A stretch of 64,000 nt of DNA, taken from contig CAWGJT010000005.1 in NCBI GenBank assembly GCA_963822965.1, positions 1,408,001-1,472,000 on the forward strand, in the 5' to 3' direction. A program made the translations under genes and the position numbers. The number at the start of each line of letters is the position of its first letter. The first letter of the stretch is position 1. This document shows positions 40,123-50,252 of the stretch, in pieces. The notes under the pieces were generated by a model that saw nothing but the letters and a program-made list of their open reading frames with translations, did not search any database and was not told the origin of the DNA. This DNA is from an uncultured delta proteobacterium (GTDB lineage: Bacteria; Myxococcota_A; UBA9160; UBA4427).

Positions 40123-40380
40123 GTGACCCCAGAGTTCTCAGCCGGTCTCCAGTCCAGGGGAGTGGTCCTCCTCGATGTCAGCGATGGTCGCGTACCTGAC
40201 TCAGGTAGCTCCGTTGCTGGTGCTCGTAGCGCGATGCTGCGGAGGGCCGTAAGCGAAGTCTATTTGGCCCTGACCCGCGCGCGCGAGCGCGTCGCGGTAT
40301 TAGTTGACGAGACGAGTGGTCCGTCCGAGTTGCTGGGACCTGCAATCGAGGAAGGGTATCTCGTCGCAGCAAAGGATTGA
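40123..40380 (+). pseudogene. C-terminal fragment of an SF1 (UvrD-like) helicase
   Basis: AGLQSRGVVL (motif V-like) and VYLALTRARERV (motif VI); 5' part cut at repeat E. Confidence 0.65.
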
Positions 40381-40555
40381 GAGCCGACCGCCGGGCAGGA
40401 ACGACGCGGGTTGACGACGCTCCTCAATGTGCGCTGTCTTCACGCCTCGGCGCGCAGCCGGCGCTAAGGCGGGCTCCCGGAGCACTGCGTGGTCGAGGGC
40501 GTTCCCGGGGGCCTTCGGCGCGTCTGGTTGCGGGCCTCCGCCGCGCGGCGCCCCG

Positions 40556-41614
40556 TCAGACCCGCGCTTCGTAGACGATGTTGAACGACGTCTCCGTCAC
40601 GCGCCGGAAGTGCGAGTAGCCCGCCTCCTCGAAGACTGCGCGCATGCCCGACTCGCCGGCCTGGGCGCCCATCGCGCGCCCCACCTCCTGGGACAGGGAG
40701 TTCGGCGTGCAGATGAACGTCGAGGCTCCGTAGAAGACCTTCGCCGACGGCAGCTGGTGGTTGACCGCGCGGTCGTCGTGGGCGAAGGGCTCGACCAGCA
40801 TCACGGTGGCGCCGGGCGCCAGGTGCTCGCGAGTGTGGCGCGCGATGCCGACGGGATCGCCCATGTCGTGCAGGCAGTCGAAGAAGCACACCAGGTCGTA
40901 GCTGCCGTCGAAGGCGCTGGCCTTCGACACCCGGAACTGGGCGCGGTCGCCCACGCCGGCGATCTCGGCGGCTTCCCGGGCGGTCTCGATCGACGGTGCG
41001 TGGTAGTCGAAGCCGTGCACGCGGCTCTTGGGGTAGGCCTGCGCCATCACGACCGAGGACACGCCGTGTCCGCAGCCGATGTCGGCCACCTGGATGCCCG
41101 CCCGCAGGCGCGCCTCGACGCCGTCGAGGGCCGGGATCCAGCTGGCGGTGAGGTTCGACTGGTAGCCGGGACGGAAGAACTCGGCGGTGCCGCGGAACAG
41201 GTGCGGATGGTGCTCGCCCCAGCCCATCGCGCCGTCTCCGCGGAACGCCTCCGCGACGCGCTCGAGGTCGTGGAACATCGAGGCGAGCACCAGCGAGCCC
41301 CCGGCCACGTAGGTGGGGGCCTGCCTTCGCGCCAGGGCCATCGCGTGCTCGGCGGGGAGCGTGTAGCGCTGGCTGCCGGCGTCGTAGTCGAGGTAGCCGG
41401 CGGCGGCCTGCTGGTCGAGCCACTCCTGCAGCAGCCGCCGGTTGCAGCCAGTGTGGGACGCGAGCTCGTCCGCATCGATCGGGCCGCGTCCGTCCATGGC
41501 CTCGTAGAGGCCGAGCTCGCTTCCGAGCGCCACCATCGCGATGGTGGTGACGCCACCCATGTCTCCGACGAACCGCCCGACGAACTGCGCGAGCCGTGCC
41601 TGGTCGATCTCCAT
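40556..41614 (-). CDS. Class I SAM-dependent methyltransferase with N-terminal wHTH (Rv2258c-like)
   Basis: LGSELGLY, LLQEWL..QAAAGY, VADIGCGHG, FDCLHDMGDP, MGAQAGE; RBS ggaggagatccagATG. Confidence 0.9.
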   Translation of the reverse strand: MEIDQARLAQFVGRFVGDMGGVTTIAMVALGSELGLYEAMDGRGPIDADELASHTGCNRRLLQEWLDQQAAAGYLDYDAGSQRYTLPAEHAMALARRQAPTYVAGGSLVLASMFHDLERVAEAFRGDGAMGWGEHHPHLFRGTAEFFRPGYQSNLTASWIPALDGVEARLRAGIQVADIGCGHGVSSVVMAQAYPKSRVHGFDYHAPSIETAREAAEIAGVGDRAQFRVSKASAFDGSYDLVCFFDCLHDMGDPVGIARHTREHLAPGATVMLVEPFAHDDRAVNHQLPSAKVFYGASTFICTPNSLSQEVGRAMGAQAGESGMRAVFEEAGYSHFRRVTETSFNIVYEARV

Positions 41615-42011
41615 CTGGATCTCCTCCGCGACGCCCGGGGTGGAGCGCCTGGCCTGGCGACCTCGAGCGGAGTCGCTCGAGATGCGCGCGCCGGCGTCCG
41701 ACCCGACGGGCTGCTTGTCGCGATCTGGCCGGAAGTCTAATCGGGGTTCCGCCGGGCCACCCTTCTCGTTTCCGATCGGGGCAGCCGGAGGCGCGCCCGG
41801 GGCCTTCCCAGCCGCCCTGCTTCTACCTCGGGGGAAATCCCAGACGACGAACCACGAGGCGCGCACCGACGCGTCGGAGATCGAGGCCAGCGACGGCGGT
41901 CGGTGCTGCCGCGGCAGCCAGGCAGGGACGCCCAGCGTGCTCGACGCCTCGAGCCCGGTCCTCGGGGCTCGCGGGTCGCGATCGGGTCCGGCTGTCGTAC
42001 GCTCCGGGCGC

Positions 42012-42207
42012 ATGCCGAACGGCACCGGAGGCCCGGGAGCCCCGCGGAGGGAGCTGGTGCGTTGGAGCGCCGCGTGCGGGCTCTTCGGCGCGCTCGCGAC
42101 GGCGCTGTTCTCCCCGGCGCTGCTCGCCGGGCGGACCCTCGCCCCGGGCGACGCGACCCTCTACTACTACCCGCACTTCGTCGCTCGTCCCGGGCTGTGG
42201 ACGACCG
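42012..42207 (+). pseudogene. 5' fragment of a membrane protein (YfhO/glycosyltransferase-like), truncated at repeat F
   Basis: TM segment followed by LLAGRTLAPGDATLYYYP...PGLW; the ORF runs into the repeat. Confidence 0.45.
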
Positions 42208-42293
42208 CCCCGCCGCCGGGCCCCCGTAGGGGGATTGACATAAGGCCCCTACCCGGACCTTCGCCAAGAATGTGACTTGTCCGTCCTATCCTC
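42208..42293 (-). repeat. Module-boundary repeat, copy F (full)
   Basis: ccccgccgccgggcccccgtagggggattgacataaggcccctacccggaccttcgccaagaatgtgacttgtccgtcctatcctc. Confidence 0.9.
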
Positions 42294-42880
42294 GACGTTT
42301 GCTACAGCCATAGGAATTCGGGACGGGAATTGGGAGTTTCGACGAGAGACCTGGACGCGGAGAATCGAGCGCGCGAAGTAGCCGGCCTGATGGATCACGG
42401 CTCGCTAGGGGCGGTCGCCCCACCGCACGACTGGTAGGGATTGGTACGCGGCGACATGGGGACGACGATCACGGGACGTCGTCCACCTGCCTATCACGCG
42501 ATGCACGGCCCGGACGAGCGATCGGGTCACGACTTCACTGGTGGAAGCGTTCGGGGGTTGCCGATGAGACGTGGCGCGCGACACGCCCGAGTGCCTCGAG
42601 CTCGCCGCTGGAGCGCCGCCGGCCACGCGGCTGGCGGCGCTCGTCGCACTTGTTGCCCGGGGCCAGAATCTGTAGCCCCGTGGTCGTTGCTCGCCGCAAG
42701 CGATCGTTCACATAACACCCATGGGAGAGCTCCGAGCGGAACCGCGCTTTCGCGCATCCTGTCTCCCAGACTGTGACTGCTCGATCGAGGTCCCCTACCT
42801 TCATCGCTGGATTGGTGAGGTCCCCTCGAGGAAATCAGGCCCTCGACAGGACGGACCCGCTGGCGGACGGAGGGGGCACG

Positions 42881-45800
42881 GTGCGTTGCTCGGCGTGTTC
42901 CCATGACAGCGGACCCGAGGCGAACTTCTGCGCCGCTTGCGGCGCTCGGCTTGGCTCGGCCGCGGCTGAGCGACGCCAGCTCACGCTCCTCTTCTGCGAT
43001 CTCGTGGGCTCCACCCCACTCCTGGAGCGGATCGATGCAGAGGACTACCTCGAAATCGTCGACCGCTACTACGGCATGGTGCGGCGGGTGTGCGCGCTCC
43101 GCGACGGTCATGTCGCCCAATACGTCGGCGACGGGGTGCTGGTCTACTTCGGCTATCCGCGAGCGCACGAGGATGATGCCAAGCTCGCCGCACGTGCCGG
43201 TCTCGACCTGCTGTCGGGGATCCAGCAGCTCAACCGCGACTCGCACGACCCTCGCTTGCAGCTCTCGGTTCGCATCGGGATTCACACCGGGCTCGTCGTC
43301 GTCGGGGATCTCGGGCCGCGACTAGAGGGGGTCGCTGTTGGTGACACAGTGCACACCGCGGCGCGCATCGAATCGATCGCTGAGCCGGATACCATCTGGA
43401 TCAGCGGCGACACCCTCAACCTCATCGGCAAGGCGTTCGTCACGAAGGATCTGGGCGAGCACCGATTGAAGGGACTCGTCAAGCCCGTCCACCTTCATCA
43501 GATCGTCGGATTCTCCGAGCTCGACGAGGCCTCTCCGAGAGCAGCCCGGGTTCCGTTCGCGGCCCGTGAGCTCGAGCTCGACCTGCTCGAGGCGCGCTGG
43601 AACGATGCCTGCGCTGGGCGAGGTGCAACCGTGCTGATCTCGGGAGAGCCCGGGCTCGGAAAGTCGCGCCTCGCAGCGGCTCTCCGGGAGCGAAGCGATG
43701 ATTCCGGGTCCGATTGGATCGAGATTCGCTGCTCGCGTTACACCCGGAACAGTCCGCTGTCCCCTGTGATCCGAATGCTCGAGCGAACACTCCTACCCGG
43801 GGAATCTGCTGATCCCGCGGAGCGCCTCCGCCAACTCGATGACGCGATCGGTCGACTGGGGCTCACAGCGGCCGACTCGCTCTCGTCGATCGCCGGCCTT
43901 CTGGGGGTTCCGCTGGGCGATGAGGACGTATCCGGCGATCCAGACTCGGGTCCGAAGCGCGAACGCGTGTTCGAGACGCTGATCGAGGTCTTGCTGGCCC
44001 GCGCCAGGAATCACCCCGTGGCCGTGCTGCTCGAGGATCTCCAGTGGTCCGACGCCAGCACGCTGGAGCTCGTGGGGCGCCTCGTCGAGAAGGTGGCAAG
44101 CGAGCGAGTGCTCCTGGTCCTCACGGCGCGCTCCGAGTTCGCGGCGCCGTGGGGACGTTCGGAGAGCTTCAGCGAGATCGAGCTTCGGCGACTGAGCTCC
44201 GATGTAGCCCGCAGGTTCGTCGCCAGTGTGTGCAACGATCGGCCACTCCCCGCGCTCGCCATCGAGCAGATCGTTCAGCGCGCGGACGGAGTTCCGCTGT
44301 TCCTCGAAGAGCTCGCTCGCTCCGCCCTGGAATCGAAGGAAGAGCGAACAGGCGACGTCAGCGTTCCAGCGTCGTTGCGGGACTCATTGATGGCCCGTCT
44401 CGATCGCATGTCCTTCGCGAAGGAGGTCGCCCTTCTCGCGGCGCCTCTGGGTCGCGAGTTCTCCCATCGCCTGCTCTCGAACGTCGCGGAGATCGAAGAA
44501 GCCGGGCTGCGCCGCGGTATCGATCGCCTGGTCGAGGCTGGCCTGCTCTTGCGACAGGGGAGCCCGCCGGATGCCACCTACACCTTCAAGCATGTGTTGA
44601 TCCAGGATCAAGCCTACCAGTCGCTGGTCAAGCGTCGGAGGAAACGGATTCACGGACGGGCAGCGCGAGCGCTCCTGGCCGAGCACTCCAGCGGAGTCTC
44701 CGCCGAGCCGGAAGTGGTGGCACGTCATCTCGATGCCGCTGGGGAGGTGCGGGAAGCGGTTGCCTACTACGAGAAGGCTGCGAAACAGGCCGCTGTCGTG
44801 CGGTCGGCCCATCGGGAAGCGATCCGGCACTACAGCCGCGCGATCGAGCTGCTCGACAGCCTGCCCGTGTCCGATGATCGAAACGTCGAGAGCCTGTCTC
44901 TCCACATCGCGCTCGGCGTCTCGCTGCAGGCCGCCGAGGGCTTTCAGAGCGAGAACGTCGCCGCCGCGTACGGCCGGGCCCAGGGGCTCTGCAACGTCGT
45001 GAAGGATCCGGCATCCGTCGCGTTCGGACTGTACGGCTTGTGCGCATTCCACAATGCGCGGGGCGATCTCGCCATCGCGCACCAACTCGCCGAGGAGCTG
45101 CGGCTTCACGGCGAGGAGCACGACGAGCCGTTGTACCGGCTGGCTGGCGAGGTCGGGCTCTGCCAGTCGGCCTACCTCCAGGGTCGGTTCACTTCGTGCC
45201 TCGAGTACGGTGAGGCAGGAATCGCGACACGCGACGAGGTCGCGCTACAGCCCGTGTTGGCCGGATACGGCCAGGAGTTCGGAGTGACGGCGCGTTGCTT
45301 CATGGCCCTCGCGCTCCATGCGAAGGGTTACTCCGCACGGGCCGTCGAGCTGGCGAACGAAGCCGTCGAGCGCGGGCGCGCGGCGAAGCACCCGTTCTCC
45401 CTCGCATTCGCGCTGGTCTTCCTGACGATTCTTCACCTGCAGCGCCGCGAACCAGGTGAGGCGATGCGGGCCGCATCGGAAGTCATCGCTCTGTCGGATC
45501 GCATGGACTTCCCGCTGTGGCTTGGTGCTGCCCGCTTCATCACCGGTTGGATCGAGCCGGGTTCCGCCGACGAACGGGGGCGGGGGGAGGACGCGATCGC
45601 CGAGCTGCGCGCGGGCGACTTCCAGTCCTTCGCTCCCGAAATCCTGGCGATGCTGGCACGCGGGCGTCAGAGAGCGGGGCAGCACCGGGAGGCGATGCGG
45701 ATCCTCGACAGTGCGTTCGCATTGTCTCGTCGGACCGGCATGGCCTTCTGGGACGCCGAGCTCTTCCGGTTGAAGGGGTCGTTCCTGCTGGATGCAGAGC

Positions 45801-46036
45801 CGACGGCGGTGGATGAGGCCGAGAGATATCTTCGTCTCTCGATCGACACGGCGCTTTCGCAGGAGGCAAGGACGCTGGAGCTGCGCGCAGCAGTGAGCCT
45901 GAGCCGCCTGCTGCAGGGCCAGGGGCGCATCGATGAAGCCCGCGAAGCTCTCGCTGGGGTCTTCGGTTGGTTCGGGGAAGCCTTCGAGACGAAGGACCTG
46001 CAGGACGCCGCCGCGCAGCTTCAGCGGCTCGCGTAA
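42881..46036 (+). CDS. Class III adenylate/guanylate cyclase + AAA ATPase + TPR protein with Zn ribbon
   Basis: CSAC..FCAACG, ERRQLTLLFCDLVGST, GDGVLVYFGYP.AHEDDA, RIGIHTG, GEPGLGKS, EDLQWSD, GVPLFLEEL, ELRAA.SL. Confidence 0.92.
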   Translation: MRCSACSHDSGPEANFCAACGARLGSAAAERRQLTLLFCDLVGSTPLLERIDAEDYLEIVDRYYGMVRRVCALRDGHVAQYVGDGVLVYFGYPRAHEDDAKLAARAGLDLLSGIQQLNRDSHDPRLQLSVRIGIHTGLVVVGDLGPRLEGVAVGDTVHTAARIESIAEPDTIWISGDTLNLIGKAFVTKDLGEHRLKGLVKPVHLHQIVGFSELDEASPRAARVPFAARELELDLLEARWNDACAGRGATVLISGEPGLGKSRLAAALRERSDDSGSDWIEIRCSRYTRNSPLSPVIRMLERTLLPGESADPAERLRQLDDAIGRLGLTAADSLSSIAGLLGVPLGDEDVSGDPDSGPKRERVFETLIEVLLARARNHPVAVLLEDLQWSDASTLELVGRLVEKVASERVLLVLTARSEFAAPWGRSESFSEIELRRLSSDVARRFVASVCNDRPLPALAIEQIVQRADGVPLFLEELARSALESKEERTGDVSVPASLRDSLMARLDRMSFAKEVALLAAPLGREFSHRLLSNVAEIEEAGLRRGIDRLVEAGLLLRQGSPPDATYTFKHVLIQDQAYQSLVKRRRKRIHGRAARALLAEHSSGVSAEPEVVARHLDAAGEVREAVAYYEKAAKQAAVVRSAHREAIRHYSRAIELLDSLPVSDDRNVESLSLHIALGVSLQAAEGFQSENVAAAYGRAQGLCNVVKDPASVAFGLYGLCAFHNARGDLAIAHQLAEELRLHGEEHDEPLYRLAGEVGLCQSAYLQGRFTSCLEYGEAGIATRDEVALQPVLAGYGQEFGVTARCFMALALHAKGYSARAVELANEAVERGRAAKHPFSLAFALVFLTILHLQRREPGEAMRAASEVIALSDRMDFPLWLGAARFITGWIEPGSADERGRGEDAIAELRAGDFQSFAPEILAMLARGRQRAGQHREAMRILDSAFALSRRTGMAFWDAELFRLKGSFLLDAEPTAVDEAERYLRLSIDTALSQEARTLELRAAVSLSRLLQGQGRIDEAREALAGVFGWFGEAFETKDLQDAAAQLQRLA

Positions 46037-46242
46037 GGGCGCCGGGAGCAGACTGACGGCATCGAGGTGCCGGTTTCCGACCACCAGATCGAGGGATGGT
46101 CGCCCCCGCGTGGCTTTCCTTGACCGCGACCGACGGCCGTCGTAGAACGGCGTAGGGCGTCGCCCGGTCCGATCTCGACGCATCCGACCGTTCTGAGGGA
46201 GGGGAGACTCCATGCGCGCGACCCGGGAGATCCGGTACTCGG

Positions 46243-46630
46243 ATGCGATGACTCCATGAAATTTCGTTTCTCGCCCAGCGGGTGCGAAACCCGCCCGGCC
46301 AGGGGTGAGCCCGCCCGAGCCGGTAGCGAGCCTTGCGACGGTCTTGGCAACGAGGAAGGCGTTGTCGTAGGCACGCGAGCGTGTGGGCCGTGGGTACGTG
46401 GCCTCGAAAACAATGGCATTCCGGATGCCGAGCGTTCTGTTTTCGCGAAGGCGATGGCGACCTCTCCGTGGATCTTCTCGAAGAGAAGTAGGGGCGAGGT
46501 GGGGTCGAGTTCGGCGGAGTGTTGCAACACGGCACGCACGAAGAGGACGGCCCAGTAACCCGGGAGGCCCTTGGCTCTCCTCGGGAGTTCCCGGTCTTGG
46601 GGAGAGCCGGTCATCGGGGAACATGTTGGC
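46243..46630 (+). ncRNA. Probable truncated group II intron 5' part (domain I); no RT ORF
   Basis: Begins (a)TGCGatgactcc (canonical GTGCG); cagcgggtgcgaaacccgc hairpin and ccggtagcgagccttgc, taacccgggaggccc segments resemble intron DI; recognised by eye only. Confidence 0.55.
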
Positions 46631-46733
46631 GACTCGGACCCGGCCGAGCAAAGGTGGCTCGTGTTGATGTGATCTTCAGGAGGGAACCATGACCGACGCA
46701 TCGACGTTGGGAACATGTCACCGGCGCCAGTCA

Positions 46734-46811
46734 CCGGGCTCCCCGTAGGGGATTGACATAACGTCCCTACCCGGACCTGAGGCGGAAACCCGGCTCATCC
46801 GCCCTATGCTC
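46734..46811 (-). repeat. Module-boundary repeat, copy G (diverged)
   Basis: ccgggctccccgtaggggattgacataacgtccctacccggacctgaggcggaaacccggctcatccgccctatgctc. Confidence 0.8.
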
Positions 46812-46834
46812 TCTTCCCGCCGGATCACAAGTGG

Positions 46835-47269
46835 GTGTCGATCGACGCCTCCCCGCTCGCGGCCACCGACCTGTACCAGGCCGATCCGATGATCCTGTGC
46901 TCCGTGGCGAGCGACGAGCCGCCGGACGGCGAGGGCGACGGCCACACGCCCTTCGACATGATCCTCGACGGCGAGGAGATCCACACGCAGGCCTCGGACG
47001 AGCAGCCCATCGCGACGACGAACGGCGCGGGCACGTTCTCGCTCGCGCTGCGCGCCGAGCGCAGCGGCGAAGGCGACGGCCGCGTCTACACGGTGCGCTG
47101 CGCGCCGCAGGACGACGGCGGGCTGCGCGGCGACTCCGTCGAGGCGGAGGTACGCGTGCCCCACGACCTCGCCTGCGGCCTGATCGGCCCCGAGCTGCTC
47201 CTGTTTCCGATCGCGATCGGCGCGCTGCGCAGGCGGAGGAGCGCTCGGGACCGCTCGAACCGCTCGTAG
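46835..47269 (+). pseudogene. 3' fragment of a surface protein with a Cys-Gly-Leu C-terminal sorting tail
   Basis: SVASDEP, LRAERSGEGDGRVYTV, EVRVPHD, then CGLIGPELLLFPIAIGALRRRR; no signal peptide or credible start. Confidence 0.65.
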
Positions 47270-47433
47270 GCCGTCCTCTCGTAGGCCTCGGCGATCACAC
47301 GCGCATCTTCGGGGAAGGTAGTTCCAGAAAGATCGACCGTCGCAAAGAACTCGTCGCCATTCTCAGCTACGCGCACGGCCACTTGCTCGAGAGGTAGTCG
47401 CGTCCGGCCGGTGTAGTTGATGGTTCTCTTCAT
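47250..47433 (-). pseudogene. 5' fragment of a hypothetical gene coupled to the GHKL ATPase
   Basis: MKRTINYTGRTRL...VIAEAYERT begins in a TGATG overlap with the upstream stop, then collides with the opposite-strand fragment. Confidence 0.5.
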
Positions 47434-49457
47434 CAGGCCTCCTTGATGCGCCGCGCATCGACCTCAAGATCGCGATGCGTATCGAACCCGTGAAGGCGGA
47501 GCGTGAAGTCGCTTGCCTTTTCGACACGAAGCTTGATTACCTGGCCCATTTGTGTGTTGATGGTTGCGCCTCGCGCTTCAGCCTGCATCGTTGCGAGGTC
47601 GAAGTCACGTGCGTCCCACTTCTTGAAGGGGTTTCCACGCCGCGTGCCGTAAGCCACCCGGAGCGTCACGAGATCTCCATCCCGTAGGCCTGATTCGCCG
47701 CGAACCGAAACACCTCCATCCAGTCGGGAGATCGCAAAGACCCGCTCCTTGGGCGTCGCCTTGATCACGGGTGGTTCGGTCGTCTTGGGCTTGCGCTTTG
47801 CCTTCGCTTCGATCTCTTCGCGGCGCTTCTCGAAGAAGAACACATCCTTGAACATCCTCTTATCGACTTCAGACGAGCCAGCGATGAGTCTGGATACGAC
47901 CTCTTTCACGCTTCTCTGGACGAAGCGGATCGTCGTTTCAGCCTTCAGCCAGCGACGATCAACGCGAGACTTCCTGGGCTCCCACTTGGTGTGCGCCGGG
48001 TTCTCAGCGTCCCCAAGGAGCTTGCCCAATAGCGGCCAGTTGACGATCACCATGCCGCGAATGCCGGGCGGTGCCTGTGACGAGACTCCGGGGATCGTGA
48101 TCCCCCGGCGTACGAAAGTCACGTGAGCGGACGGCAGGTCATCATCGCGCTTCAGGTATAGGCTGAACCAACAGACCTCTGGAGCTCCCTGCTTGGGGGA
48201 AACCTTGACTCCGCACCGGATCGCCAAGGGCTTCCCCGCTTCGTACAGCTCCCGCGCAGCATCGAGCACGGCCTTCGGAATCAACTCATCAGACCAGTGG
48301 GTGTTCTTGTCCAGCGGTGGACAGTTCAAGAGGAGGTGTTGCTCCCGGGGCAAGGAGACTGCCCAGCGAGCGAACTCGATCAGGTCCTTAAGCTCGACGC
48401 GCTTCTGCGCCTCTATGTCCCGAAGTTGATCCCGAACAACCGCTTCAATGCTTTCACGATCGATGCTGATGACGCGTTCGTCGTCGACAACTTCCACGAT
48501 GAGCTGCCCAGCGGTGATCGGTACGACGTACTGCTCGCACACCGACAAAGCGAGCTCATCGACCGTCCAGCTGTGAATGCCCTCGTTGAGCCAGGGAACG
48601 ACAACGCTCAGGCCGCTCCGGGCTCCACGCTTGGAGTCGAACGTCTGGCAAAACTCGGTCAGCAGCGCAGGGTCAACAATCGGAAGAGCGAAGTTCGCTT
48701 CTTCCGGATCCTCGTTGAATTGGCCAAAGTGGCCTCTGGGGAAGTATCGCTGTTCACCGACATGGTGATTGTCGAGCACACTCTTGCCCCGCAGAAGGGC
48801 GGCGCCGTCGGTGCTGCGAACAGTCAGTCCGTAGAAGCAGCGGATGCGCGACGCAGACTGATATACCGCCTTGCCGATTCCCCAACTGCCTCTCTCGTCG
48901 CTCGTCTTGTTGGTCCGTCCTGTGTTTCGCCAGAAGTAGAAGTAGTGGTTCTTCTCTTGGGGTGTTGCACTCCACTTCGGGTCATCTACATAGGGGTCCC
49001 CGGTGAGTCCGACCGTATTGAAGTCCTCAACAAGGAGCCACGGACATGCAGCTTCGCTTGGTTCATCAGCGCCATCGCTGGCGCGCAGGTGATCGGCTAG
49101 CTCGTCAAACAACCACGAAGGCAAGTCGGTTCGATCAGACGATCCCAATCTGAAGCGGACACAGACGGGAACGCCGGGGTCAAGCTCCGCGTCCAATGCA
49201 TTCTGGATCGACTCGCGTACCAAGGCGCGAGTCAGGCTGCCGTCTCGGAAGAACTCGTCCTCTGTGGGGTCGTCGTAGTCGTCGCCCTTTCGCGCCTGCT
49301 TGAACCGCCATACCGGACCTGTGTCGCCATCTCGGGTTTCGAACGCCACATCGCTGGAGGGGATTGATGCACGCTCGATAGCATCAGCGGCATCGCCCTC
49401 AGTCTGCGCGTCGTCTGCTACGTCGGGTTCGCTGGCCCAAGGGTCTGTAGAACTCAC
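47433..49457 (-). CDS. GHKL (MORC/Hsp90-like) ATPase domain protein
   Basis: LVRESIQNALDA (N box), VEDFNTVGL (G1), RGSWGIGK (G2); RBS aaaggagggctaGTG; lower GC than flanks. Confidence 0.75.
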   Translation of the reverse strand: MSSTDPWASEPDVADDAQTEGDAADAIERASIPSSDVAFETRDGDTGPVWRFKQARKGDDYDDPTEDEFFRDGSLTRALVRESIQNALDAELDPGVPVCVRFRLGSSDRTDLPSWLFDELADHLRASDGADEPSEAACPWLLVEDFNTVGLTGDPYVDDPKWSATPQEKNHYFYFWRNTGRTNKTSDERGSWGIGKAVYQSASRIRCFYGLTVRSTDGAALLRGKSVLDNHHVGEQRYFPRGHFGQFNEDPEEANFALPIVDPALLTEFCQTFDSKRGARSGLSVVVPWLNEGIHSWTVDELALSVCEQYVVPITAGQLIVEVVDDERVISIDRESIEAVVRDQLRDIEAQKRVELKDLIEFARWAVSLPREQHLLLNCPPLDKNTHWSDELIPKAVLDAARELYEAGKPLAIRCGVKVSPKQGAPEVCWFSLYLKRDDDLPSAHVTFVRRGITIPGVSSQAPPGIRGMVIVNWPLLGKLLGDAENPAHTKWEPRKSRVDRRWLKAETTIRFVQRSVKEVVSRLIAGSSEVDKRMFKDVFFFEKRREEIEAKAKRKPKTTEPPVIKATPKERVFAISRLDGGVSVRGESGLRDGDLVTLRVAYGTRRGNPFKKWDARDFDLATMQAEARGATINTQMGQVIKLRVEKASDFTLRLHGFDTHRDLEVDARRIKEA

Positions 49458-49726
49458 TAGCCCTCCTTTGCTTCGGAATTTCCCAAACATAAGCCGCGGT
49501 GACGAGTCGCGGCGGGGGATGGTGCCTACAGCCACGCGATTCGCAGACCATCCGAAGCGACTGTCTCTCGATAGACGCTCATCACTACAGGTCGCGACCT
49601 GCACCCAAGATGCGCTGTTGGCGGAGCTTCCCGGCAGCACTCGCGTTGGGGCGGGTATCGATGCTCAAGGTGGGATGCTGTGGAGGGAGCGTTGAGGTCA
49701 TCGCGGGTCTCACGTGTGTTCGGTTC

Positions 49727-49960
49727 TCAAAGCTTGAAGGAGTCGTCGTCGCCAGCACCCTTGCTGTCGAAGCGGCCTTTCATCTCGTCCAGCGCTGTCT
49801 TGAGTGCGCGATATATCTTCGTAATATCTTGATCGCTGTAGGTGTAGTTGCTTCTGTTGGAAAGATTCCCAACCAACCTGAGATCTCTTAGAGCACGATT
49901 TACTCTCTTTTCGGCCAATTCTACGAACTTTTCTCTCCGATTTGCCTTCTTCACTTCCAA
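49727..49960 (-). CDS. Small basic helical protein (77 aa), putative regulator of the GHKL locus
   Basis: REKFVELAEKRVNRAL..LRLVGNLSNRSNY.YS; compact ORF with RBS (gcaggta) after an AT-rich promoter region. Confidence 0.7.
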   Translation of the reverse strand: MEVKKANRREKFVELAEKRVNRALRDLRLVGNLSNRSNYTYSDQDITKIYRALKTALDEMKGRFDSKGAGDDDSFKL

Positions 49961-50252
49961 TACCTGCTTCGTGAAAGTTGCGCATTATCCGCATCCATCT
50001 TCATATCGTCAATACTGTTTACGTACATTATAGATATTTACGAGCCTGTGGTGCGCGTAGCGCCGCGTTTCCCGCAGGGACCGAGCTAGTGGGCGGGCCA
50101 AGAAGCAACTGCTGGGGCGGGTACCGGCTGGCTCTTGATGGTGAGACGTGCGCGAAGTGTCCCGACCGGACTGTGCCGGGAGTGGTCTTGTAAGCAGGGG
50201 TGGCTCCCTCTCGTGCTACCGACGAGTCTTGGAGACAGACTTGGAGGGTGCG

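Noticed and set aside
20533..46811. Boundary repeats as CRISPR repeats, integron attC sites or sigma70 promoters
   Set aside because: They are kilobases apart in mixed orientation, lack the RYYYAAC/GTTRRRY attC palindrome, and their TTGACA has no -10 box at 16-18 bp.
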